From an uncultured Bacteroidales bacterium (GTDB lineage Bacteria > Bacteroidota > Bacteroidia > Bacteroidales > UBA1402): a stretch of 57,683 bases of DNA. This document shows positions 50,191-57,683 of the stretch, piece by piece. Location of the stretch: the NCBI GenBank assembly GCA_964488495.1, contig CAZAUQ010000006.1, positions 1 through 57,683 on the forward strand, in the 5' to 3' direction. A program made the translations under genes and the position numbers. The notes below the pieces were generated by a model. That model did no database searches. It saw nothing but the letters and a program-made list of their open reading frames with translations, and was not told the origin of the DNA. Numbering within the stretch: the stretch's first letter is position 1; each line of letters begins with the position of its first letter.

Positions 50191-50201
50191 GGTTTTGGGT
50201 A

Positions 50202-50666
50202 TTATTTCAGATCGTTTTCGTCTTCATGATCGTTTAAATCCAGTTCTTTTATTACCTGCCCTTTGACCGGAATGCAAAACAAAAAGAAGAGCATGGTCAT
50301 CATAAAAAAGATCAGAGCGTTGGGCATGGTGGTGAAAACCCTGAGAAAAAGAGCAAAAAGAGCAATTAGACTAAAAGCGTACATTCTTGCAGAAGCCGCT
50401 TTCTGATAGGCCGGCAGACGTTCTTCCATCGTTTTTTCAAGGCGTATTGCCCTGGTTTTGTGATGGAACCAGCGCAGGCTAAAAGGCACGCCAATCAAAA
50501 ACAAAAGAATGCAAAAGCTTTGAAAAGACAGGGAGAACTCTTGTGACAACAAAAGCGGCTGTTGTGGAAAAAAATATGCCAAAAGGCCTAAAAGAAGGAG
50601 TATGCCGACACTGAGCGCAAATTGTAAGCGTAGTTTCTTTAGCACAAGATTAAGAGCAGCTTCCAT
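50202..50666 (-). CDS. Hypothetical four-helix membrane protein
   Basis: ATG 50666 directly after the recR stop; four hydrophobic segments. The upstream extension in the ORF track overlaps recR out of frame. Confidence 0.7.
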   Translation of the reverse strand: MEAALNLVLKKLRLQFALSVGILLLLGLLAYFFPQQPLLLSQEFSLSFQSFCILLFLIGVPFSLRWFHHKTRAIRLEKTMEERLPAYQKAASARMYAFSLIALFALFLRVFTTMPNALIFFMMTMLFFLFCIPVKGQVIKELDLNDHEDENDLK

Positions 50667-50667
50667 A

Positions 50668-51282
50668 TCAGGAGGTTTTAAAAGGAATACGATTAAGAAT
50701 GGAACGTCCCAGTGTGATTTCGTCGGCATATTCCAATTCATCGCCCACAGAAATTCCCCGGGCAATGACGGTAATTCGCAGAGGATAAGTACTGATTTTC
50801 CGAAATATGTAAAAGGAGGTGGCATCGCCTTCGGCAGTAGCCGAAAGAGCCAGAATGATTTCGCTGATCCGGCCCTGGGCAACCCGTTCCACCAATGAAT
50901 TGATTTCAAGATCAGAAGGCCCAATGCCGTCCATGGGGGATATCAGGCCTCCCAGTACATGGTAAAGGCCGTTGTATTGCCTGGTTTGTTCAATGGCCAT
51001 TACTTCGCGCACATTCTCTACTACGCAAACAGTGGAGGCATCCCGTCTGGGATTGCTGCAAATCAGGCATTCTTCGTCGTCAGAAATATTGTGGCAAGTC
51101 TTGCAATAGGCGATTTCATTTTTCAGGCGTATCAGGGTGTTGCCAAAATGATGCACATCTTCTTTGTTCTGACGCAAAAGATGCAACACCAGACGCAAGG
51201 CGGTTTTCCTGCCTATACCGGGCAGACTGGAAAAAGCCTGCACGGCTTCTTCCAATAAAACGGAGGGGTAGATTTGATCCAT
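50668..51282 (-). CDS. recR: Recombination mediator RecR
   Basis: [12 protein letters not shown], Zn finger [25 protein letters not shown] and LEYADEITL; ATG 51282. Confidence 0.97.
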   Translation of the reverse strand: MDQIYPSVLLEEAVQAFSSLPGIGRKTALRLVLHLLRQNKEDVHHFGNTLIRLKNEIAYCKTCHNISDDEECLICSNPRRDASTVCVVENVREVMAIEQTRQYNGLYHVLGGLISPMDGIGPSDLEINSLVERVAQGRISEIILALSATAEGDATSFYIFRKISTYPLRITVIARGISVGDELEYADEITLGRSILNRIPFKTS

Positions 51283-51303
51283 TTTAAATCGAATACTGAC
51301 AGG

Positions 51304-51351
51304 CAAAAGTACGTTCAAATCCTCAATTTTAAAAATAAACCCGTATTTTTG
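51304..51351. promoter_or_regulatory. Divergent -7 boxes: TACTTTTG (minus, 51304-11, recR) and TATTTTTG (plus, 51344-51, symporter)
   Basis: Both are TAnnTTTGC matches in the 87-bp divergent spacer. Confidence 0.65.
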
Positions 51352-51369
51352 CAGCTTATTCAGAAGCTT

Positions 51370-52824
51370 ATGAATGAATTTCTTGTGCTGGGGCTGGTAT
51401 TGGCTTATTTCGGATTGCTCTTGCTGATATCTATCTTATCCAAAGGATCTGACCAAAACAACAACGCTTTTTTTCTTGGAGAACGCAAATCACCCTGGAT
51501 AGTAGTAGCCATAGGTATGATTGGCGCTTCGATCTCGGGAGTGACTTTTGTTTCAGTCCCGGGCATGGTACGCGAAAACAGCTTTTTGTACATGCAAACG
51601 GTGTTAGGATTTTTTGTTGGTTATGTTTTGATTGCCCGCATCTTACTGCCGGTTTATTACCGGCTGAATGCTCCCAGTATATATGTCTATCTGAAACAAC
51701 GCTTTGGAAAGTATTCCTATAAAACAGGTGCTGCCTTTTTTTTGTTGTCCAAAACTATTGGAGCGGCTGCCCGTCTGTATGTGATGGCTATTGTTTTGCA
51801 AGTATTTGTCCTTGAAAAATGGGGGGTGCCCTTTGCCCTTACTGCAGCTCTTATCATAGCCATGATTTGGATTTATTCTTCGCGCAACGGCATCAAAACG
51901 ATAGTGTGGACAGATATGCTTCAGACTATTTGTTTATTGACAGCCATGGTATTGATAATAATACAACTGACAAAAAGCCTGCAACCCGAAAGCGGTTCTG
52001 TCTGGGGGCTAATGAAGGCCAGTCCCTATATGAAAATGTTTGAGTTCGAAGACTGGCACAGCAAGCAACACTTTGTCAAACAATTTTTCAGCGGCATTTT
52101 TATTGCATTGGTCATGACGGGTCTGGATCAGGACATGATGCAAAAAAACCTGAGCATTCCCAATCTGAAAAAAGCAAAAAGAAATATTTATACTTACGGT
52201 TTTGCCTTTATTCCGGTCAATTTTTTATTTCTGAGTCTGGGAGTCTTGTTGTTATTGTTTGCTCAAAAAAATCAGTTGGAACTGCCGCTTTTGTCTGACG
52301 ACATTTTGCCGTTCATTTCCACCGGATCATATTTAGGGCTGGATGCAAGTATCTTTTTCATTATTGGCATAATCTCAGCCGCTTTTTCAAGCGCAGACTC
52401 AGCCCTGACTTCGCTGACTACTTCGTTTTGTGTGGATATACTGGACCGCAGGGACGATGTCCGCCTGCGCAAATGGGTGCATTTGCTGATTTCGATCTTT
52501 TTTCTGTTTATCATTCTGATTTTTAAAGCAGTAAACAACCGCAGCCTGATCGATGCCATATACGTGATTGCCGGCTATACCTACGGGCCTTTACTGGGTT
52601 TATTTACTTATGGCCTGTTCAGCAAGAAGCCGGTCAGGGATAAGTGGGTGCCTTATATTGCTTTAAGCGCGCCTTTGCTGAGTGCTTTTCTTCAATTTAT
52701 CTCGAGCCGCTATTGGTCATATTCCATGGGTTACGAGCTCCTGATGCTTAATGGTGGGCTGACACTTCTGATGTTGTGGCTCAGCGGTAAAACCTTGCAT
52801 CCGGATCGGCAGCTTATTCAATAA
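51370..52824 (+). CDS. Sodium:solute symporter (SSS) family transporter
   Basis: ATG 51370; [40 protein letters not shown] and AAFSSADS; many TM helices. Confidence 0.9.
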   Translation: MNEFLVLGLVLAYFGLLLLISILSKGSDQNNNAFFLGERKSPWIVVAIGMIGASISGVTFVSVPGMVRENSFLYMQTVLGFFVGYVLIARILLPVYYRLNAPSIYVYLKQRFGKYSYKTGAAFFLLSKTIGAAARLYVMAIVLQVFVLEKWGVPFALTAALIIAMIWIYSSRNGIKTIVWTDMLQTICLLTAMVLIIIQLTKSLQPESGSVWGLMKASPYMKMFEFEDWHSKQHFVKQFFSGIFIALVMTGLDQDMMQKNLSIPNLKKAKRNIYTYGFAFIPVNFLFLSLGVLLLLFAQKNQLELPLLSDDILPFISTGSYLGLDASIFFIIGIISAAFSSADSALTSLTTSFCVDILDRRDDVRLRKWVHLLISIFFLFIILIFKAVNNRSLIDAIYVIAGYTYGPLLGLFTYGLFSKKPVRDKWVPYIALSAPLLSAFLQFISSRYWSYSMGYELLMLNGGLTLLMLWLSGKTLHPDRQLIQ

Positions 52825-52846
52825 TACATTTCAAATAATAGTAAAG

Positions 52847-53461
52847 ATGGAAATTAGCAGTGCAAGATTTGTAATAAGTAGTACTTCGGTTGATAAATGT
52901 CCCAAGGATGCTTTGCCCGAATTTGCCTTTATTGGCCGTTCCAATGTGGGAAAATCGTCCTTGATCAATATGTTGCTGAATCAAAAGAATTTAGCCAAGA
53001 CCTCCTCGACTCCGGGTAAAACCCTGCTGATCAATCATTTTTTAGTAAACGAAGCCTGGTATCTGGTGGATTTGCCCGGTTATGGTTATGCCAGGGTTTC
53101 CATCAGGCAAAGAGAGCAATTGCACCATATGATCAGCGATTACGTCTTGAAAAGGTCAAATTTACAATGCGTATTTGTATTGCTCGATGCCAGACATCAG
53201 CCACAGGAAATCGATCTCGATTTTCTGGAATTTTTAGGAGAAAATCAGGTGCCTTTTGCCCTGGTGTTTACCAAAACAGATAAATGTAAAAAAGCGGAAT
53301 TGAATCTCAACATCGAAAACTATCGAAAGTGTCTGCTCGAAAGCTGGGAAAGCCTGCCTCCGCTCTTTTTGAGTTCAGCCGAAAAAAAACAGGGCAAAAC
53401 AACGTTGTTGAATTATTTTATGCAAATTTTGAAGGATTTATCCAGCCAGGGTTTGGAATAA
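52847..53461 (+). CDS. engB: Ribosome biogenesis GTPase EngB (YihA/YsxC)
   Basis: [28 protein letters not shown] and FTKTDK. Confidence 0.96.
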   Translation: MEISSARFVISSTSVDKCPKDALPEFAFIGRSNVGKSSLINMLLNQKNLAKTSSTPGKTLLINHFLVNEAWYLVDLPGYGYARVSIRQREQLHHMISDYVLKRSNLQCVFVLLDARHQPQEIDLDFLEFLGENQVPFALVFTKTDKCKKAELNLNIENYRKCLLESWESLPPLFLSSAEKKQGKTTLLNYFMQILKDLSSQGLE

Positions 53462-54063
53462 CGCTGCATACACCAATAACAAAGCAAGGCAGTAAGGCTT
53501 CCTATCAGAGAACCTGCACTGACATCTACCAGAAAATGCTGGGATAAATATACCCTGGAATAGGCCGTCAGGCTGGCCAGGACCAGAAAAAACACTTTCC
53601 AAAAAGGATTTTTGACAATCAAAGCCAGCACCATAAAAATGGCAAAAGCTCCTGTAGTATGACCCGAAGGAAAACTATGTGATGAATGTAAATGCACCCC
53701 CTCGACTACATGTAAATCGTAGAGATCTTTGAAGAAGACTTTAGGTCTGGGGCTGTCGGGCCAGACCACTCTTTTGAAAAATTGAGTAAACAAAGGGGCT
53801 AAAATGCTGGAGGCAATGGCCATTATGGCGTAACGAAAGCGCACAAACAACAAAATGACACAAATGGGAACCAGCACCCAGCCTTCGCCCATGTAAGAAG
53901 CGTATTTAAAGAAAAAATCGGCAAAGGGGCTGTTGTGTTGGTTCATCCAGATATGGATATCTGCTTTGGAATAGCTCAGGATAAAAAATACGCTGAGGGC
54001 CAGTATCAGCAGATAGGGGATAAAGAGCCAAAAATTGTCTTTGAACAGAGAACTTCGTTTCAT
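53413..54063 (-). CDS. PAP2-family membrane phosphatase
   Basis: K-x7-PRP, SFPSGHT and [11 protein letters not shown]. Confidence 0.92.
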   Translation of the reverse strand: MKRSSLFKDNFWLFIPYLLILALSVFFILSYSKADIHIWMNQHNSPFADFFFKYASYMGEGWVLVPICVILLFVRFRYAIMAIASSILAPLFTQFFKRVVWPDSPRPKVFFKDLYDLHVVEGVHLHSSHSFPSGHTTGAFAIFMVLALIVKNPFWKVFFLVLASLTAYSRVYLSQHFLVDVSAGSLIGSLTALLCYWCMQRYSKPWLDKSFKICIK

Positions 54064-54083
54064 AGGGCAAAACTTAAATACTG

Positions 54084-54091
54084 CAAAGATA
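54084..54091 (-). promoter_or_regulatory. -7 box TATCTTTG for the PAP2 gene
   Basis: TAnnTTTGC on the minus strand, 20 nt before the ATG. Confidence 0.6.
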
Positions 54092-54189
54092 GTTTTTTGT
54101 CCTGTAATGCAAAACGGAGTGGTGTGAAATGCTTATCTTTACAAGCTTTTAATGAGTGAGGACATGTACCTGTCTGCAACCGACAAGGT

Positions 54190-54702
54190 ATGAAATACTT
54201 GTCTTTACTAGCTTTTTACAAGAGGATTATGGGAGCTGAACTACATTTTGAATTATGCCGCTGGGACAACAGCAAACATACCAGGGCTTTTTTGGATTTG
54301 TTGAATCATTACATGGCCGATCCTATGGGTGATTTTCCACCCCTGGACAATTCAGGACAAGTAAAGTTGCTGGCCGATCTTAGTGCTCATCCTACGGCAG
54401 AAGTCTTACTGATGAGCCTGAAAGGACAATACATCGGCATGTCGACCTTTTTTGTGAATTATTCCACCTTTCTGCTCAAACCTTACATCTACATTCACGA
54501 TGTCGTTGTGCATAAATCGCAGCGAAACCTGGGTTATGGCAGTTTGATGATCAGGGAATTGATCCGTTTGGCCCAGGAACGCAACTATTGCAAGCTGACA
54601 CTCGAAGTGCGCAAAGACAATCCCGCCGCTCAAAAAGTGTACACTAGCCTAGGCTTCGAAGCCGGCAGTCCTGAGATGCTCTTTTGGAGTAAAATGCTTT
54701 GA
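54190..54702 (+). CDS. GNAT N-acetyltransferase (start could be ATG 54229)
   Basis: LLNHYMADPMG, YIHDVVV...RNLGYG and LTLEVRKDNPAAQKVY.SLGF. Confidence 0.85.
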   Translation: MKYLSLLAFYKRIMGAELHFELCRWDNSKHTRAFLDLLNHYMADPMGDFPPLDNSGQVKLLADLSAHPTAEVLLMSLKGQYIGMSTFFVNYSTFLLKPYIYIHDVVVHKSQRNLGYGSLMIRELIRLAQERNYCKLTLEVRKDNPAAQKVYTSLGFEAGSPEMLFWSKML

Positions 54703-54707
54703 TCTGT

Positions 54708-56732
54708 TTATTTTCCCATTTCTTCCAGAGCTTTGTTTGTGGCTCTGAGCAAAGGCTCTGCCGAGAGTTTTTGACCAACTGCTTTTTGCATCCAGCATTG
54801 CGGAATCAGTCGTCCCTGAGCAAAAATGCGCTGAATTTCAGCACCCATATCTTTGCCTTCGAAGTACTCGTTCAATTGATAATGAATCAGATGCCCCAAG
54901 GGATATGCCGGCAAATAAAGAGGAATTTCGATCATGTGCGAATAAACGGCCAGAATGTTTTGGTCTTCGATGCCAAACACCGGGGCATAATAGTCGTTCC
55001 AGACTTCCCGGGCTATACGTATTACATTTTCCTTTAATTGGGCAGCATCGGTAGTGGGATTCTCGTACATCCAACGCCAGACCTTCATGTCTACCAGGGC
55101 AACGCCCATAATTTCGTAACTGCTCCAAAACAAATCCAGGGTGTTCTGGCAGCCGGCCAGAGGATCCTGCTGTTTTAAACCCAGCAAGTCCAGGTCTCTT
55201 TCCTGAAATACAAAGGCCAATGCTTCGGTAAAAGCGTTGTTGGGCACGGAACTCAGGAAATAGTTAGGTACATCGTAAAGCGAAATATATTCCTCCACAT
55301 TATGACCAAATTCGTGGGTGGCTATGTTGTAGGCTTTGTAATCGACTCCGTTTTCGCGAAAACGTGCCCGGAGATGAATCTTATCGTTTTTCATGGCTGC
55401 CGGCCAGGCATGGCCCGAACCCACCGAAGGATTCACTTCGACCTGTGCACAGATTTCGTTGGCTTTTTGCTCGCTGAAACCCATTTTTGCAAGAATAGCG
55501 GGCAGGTCTTTTTGGAAAGCCTGCAAAGAGGGATACTTATCAAGCACCATTTTATCCAGAGCAGCCGGGTCGATGCTGCTTCGGCTTTTGAAACCGTCGT
55601 ACCAGATATCGTAAGGCCTCAGTTGGCGGCCCAGCCTTTGCTCTATCAGTTGGCCTATCTCTGCAGCCTGTTTCGAAGACAATACTTCTACAAAAAGAGC
55701 TTCAACCTCTTTTTCGGCAATTTCAAGCTCGGCTTCAAAATTGCGGGCAATGTAAGTGGGATATTGTTCGTTGTATTTATCCTGGGCTTTGTAAGCCTTA
55801 AACAGATTCAGAAAATGCTGATAGCGGGTATTTGGTTCAGTTTCAAAAGCGATTTCTTTGCCCCCCCGATATACTTTATTGCTGATCGGGTCCCAATCGT
55901 AGTTTGGATTATCAATCACCTGAAGAGGAATGCTTTGTTCAATAATATGCTGCATTACTTTGTAGATGATTTCCTGCTTTTGCAAGCCCTGCTCTTTGTC
56001 GGCATAATTCGATTTGAGTTCGTCCCGGAGGCCCCAGTGAGTGATAAGTACCATATTGTCCGGAAAAAGCTTTTTACCTTGGTCCAGGAGTCTGCCCATG
56101 TGAATGTTGTAGTTCGAAATATAATCCTCGGCCTTGGTGGCGGCCAGGGTCATTTCCTGTTTAACAGAGGCAGGAATGCGTTCAATAAAGAAATCGCCCA
56201 GGCGGGCATAGCCCCATTCTTCGGAAGTCCATTTTTCAGCCAGAGCGGTTTTTTCGTCCAGGCTGAAGTAAGGGAAGTTCAAAGCTGTCACAAAAGCAAT
56301 TTTGCTGCTGTACATATCCTCTTCGAAGTGGGCTGCGTTGTCGTAGGCCCCAAAAAGCTGATCGACCGGCAGGTTTTGGTAACCCGTTTCGTGCAAGGGC
56401 CTTAGTAATTCAACTCTGACCCTGTTTTGATGGCCCAGCAGGGTTTCGAAATGGCTGGCCATGCGTTCGAACAACAGGCTTTTTTGTTCTTCATCGGTAC
56501 AGAGGAAATCCTGACAAAAGGCAACAAATTCCTCGGGACTGCCGTCTTTCGAAGTCCAGAGACCGGCGCATTGACGTATGCCTTTTTCGATGAGAGCATC
56601 CGGCAGTTCAGATTGCTCCGTACATGCCTTGAGGGTATGCTGTATTGCGCTTTCGGGGACGTTAGTATCAGCAGTGTTTTTACAAGAAATCATAAGCAGA
56701 ATTACTGAAAAGAGTAGAAAATACGGTTTCAT
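54708..56732 (-). CDS. Uncharacterised lipoprotein with gluzincin-type HEXXH+E metallopeptidase motif
   Basis: Lipobox LMISC; THEFGHNVE followed by NNAFTEALAF; C-terminal H.IEIPLYLPAYPLG. Confidence 0.7.
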   Translation of the reverse strand: MKPYFLLFSVILLMISCKNTADTNVPESAIQHTLKACTEQSELPDALIEKGIRQCAGLWTSKDGSPEEFVAFCQDFLCTDEEQKSLLFERMASHFETLLGHQNRVRVELLRPLHETGYQNLPVDQLFGAYDNAAHFEEDMYSSKIAFVTALNFPYFSLDEKTALAEKWTSEEWGYARLGDFFIERIPASVKQEMTLAATKAEDYISNYNIHMGRLLDQGKKLFPDNMVLITHWGLRDELKSNYADKEQGLQKQEIIYKVMQHIIEQSIPLQVIDNPNYDWDPISNKVYRGGKEIAFETEPNTRYQHFLNLFKAYKAQDKYNEQYPTYIARNFEAELEIAEKEVEALFVEVLSSKQAAEIGQLIEQRLGRQLRPYDIWYDGFKSRSSIDPAALDKMVLDKYPSLQAFQKDLPAILAKMGFSEQKANEICAQVEVNPSVGSGHAWPAAMKNDKIHLRARFRENGVDYKAYNIATHEFGHNVEEYISLYDVPNYFLSSVPNNAFTEALAFVFQERDLDLLGLKQQDPLAGCQNTLDLFWSSYEIMGVALVDMKVWRWMYENPTTDAAQLKENVIRIAREVWNDYYAPVFGIEDQNILAVYSHMIEIPLYLPAYPLGHLIHYQLNEYFEGKDMGAEIQRIFAQGRLIPQCWMQKAVGQKLSAEPLLRATNKALEEMGK

Positions 56733-56788
56733 GGTGATTGATTTTTTCAGGAGGGATATAGTCTTCTTTTTGTTGATTTGTAAGCGTA

Positions 56789-57328
56789 TTACTCGTTTTT
56801 GGGTTTGGAGGGTTTTTTGAGTCTTTTTGCCTGATTTAGTTCCACCGCTTTGCTCACCAGATCCTGGTCTTTGAGTCGGTTGGTGTAGAAGCTGTAATCC
56901 TTTTTAATAGGTTTATACTCCGGATCCAGAAACAAGGGACTGCTAATGACGTGATCGGCGGTAGAACGGTTGCAGCAAAACACGATGTTTTCGACACCGG
57001 CAAGGCGAGTCAGAGCCTTGATGTCGGTATCGTGAGGTTGCAAGGTCATGGAGTCGGTAAAAAAGAAACAATAATCCACTTCACCTTCCACAATGCGGGA
57101 ACCCATTTGCTGATCACCGCCCAAAGGCCCGGATTTCAGAATGGTTATATCCCAGTCAATATCGGGATGTTTTCTGCTGAGGGCTTCCTGAATCAGCTTG
57201 CCGGTGGTGCCGGTGCAATAAAATTTATGTCCGATCAGGCGTTCCGAGTTCCAGACAGCCCATTCAATCAGGTCCTGCTTCATACCGTCGTGTGCAACGA
57301 GACCTATTTTGCGAATAACTTTGTTCAT
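56789..57328 (-). CDS. mgsA: Methylglyoxal synthase
   Basis: ATG 57328; IGLVAHD..K, CTGTTG, SGPLGGDQQ, PHDTDIKAL and CNRSTAD. Confidence 0.95.
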   Translation of the reverse strand: MNKVIRKIGLVAHDGMKQDLIEWAVWNSERLIGHKFYCTGTTGKLIQEALSRKHPDIDWDITILKSGPLGGDQQMGSRIVEGEVDYCFFFTDSMTLQPHDTDIKALTRLAGVENIVFCCNRSTADHVISSPLFLDPEYKPIKKDYSFYTNRLKDQDLVSKAVELNQAKRLKKPSKPKNE

Positions 57329-57472
57329 ATATTCTAATTTAGTTTGTAGATTAAGTGTTTGTTTATCCGGGTGGAAGAAACCAGGATTTGAATCTGCGTA
57401 CCGATTGTAACAGTGCAGAACAAAAGAACAAATTCTTTTGCAAAAAGCAATACAGGGACAAAGGTTTTTTAT

Positions 57473-57511
57473 AAAAACAGAGGCTGTGTCCAATCTCAGA
57501 AACAGCCTCTG
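57473..57511 (-). terminator. Intrinsic terminator downstream of pruA
   Basis: CAGAGGCTGT / ACAGCCTCTG 10-bp stem with a U5 tail on the minus strand. Confidence 0.75.
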
Positions 57512-57588
57512 CTCTTTAGTACAATTCTTTGCCTCCTTCTCGTTGAGTTGAGTTCTTCGGCAATTTTTGTCCTGCTTTTTCTATGAAT

Positions 57589-57683
57589 TTAGTCCTCGGG
57601 CAAGAAATTGGGATACATATAATTAGTAGGAGACACAAACGTTTCTTTGATGGTGCGAATCGAAGTCCAACGCAGAAAGTTGA
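57589..57683 (-). CDS. pruA: 3' end of L-glutamate gamma-semialdehyde (P5C) dehydrogenase, truncated by the window edge; not in the ORF track
   Basis: Manual translation gives NFLRWTSIRTIKETFVSPTNYMYPNFLPED*, matching the N.LRW.S.R.IKE.F..P..Y.YP C-terminus of ALDH4/PruA. Confidence 0.8.
   Translation of the reverse strand, partial: NFLRWTSIRTIKETFVSPTNYMYPNFLPED

Noticed and set aside
50667-50924. N-terminal extensions in the ORF track (50924, 48585, 51274, 57493, 23627, 47432, 42220, 16225, 15216)
   Set aside because: They overlap neighbouring genes or promoter boxes; downstream ATGs match the family N-termini.
55302-56405. 367-aa plus-strand ORF
   Set aside because: It lies entirely antisense to the HEXXH lipoprotein in the mirrored codon frame and has no motifs; a typical shadow ORF.

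Overview
Bacteroidota (Bacteroidales-like) chromosomal segment; many TAnnTTTG -7 promoter boxes support this. Positions 1-15.2 kb hold a compact six-gene glycan-degradation cluster (GH127, GH2, GH106, SGNH acetylesterase, DUF5703/GH139-like, GH2) whose enzyme set matches side chain B of pectic rhamnogalacturonan-II. A FucR-like GntR regulator follows. The rest is mostly conserved core genome: coaX-OMP-TPR-lptC-PPIase-rlmN-DUF4837-pdxA-sigma54 activator-lptE-TPR-secG, a BtuF/BtuC-type ABC pair, PPTase-ssb-mutY, hup-bS22-rng, acyl-CoA ligase, CYTH, DUF3127-tRNA-Ser-rpsP, hppA, recA, nusB-yajC-coaE, rplY-pth-hslR, recR, an SSS symporter, engB, PAP2, a HEXXH lipoprotein, mgsA and the 3' end of pruA. 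I saw no mobile elements or CRISPR arrays. The strongest candidate for something undescribed is a 47-nt hairpin in the rplY (L25) leader that reproduces the GAUGG/GAGUA loop E motif of 5S rRNA, the L25 binding site, suggesting autoregulation by rRNA mimicry. Also notable are a 29-aa bS22-like ribosomal protein gene missed by the ORF track, the apparent absence of two normally syntenic CorC/HlyC genes, and a dual Na+/H+ PPase signature. Family and orthologue calls come from remembered motifs, not database searches.
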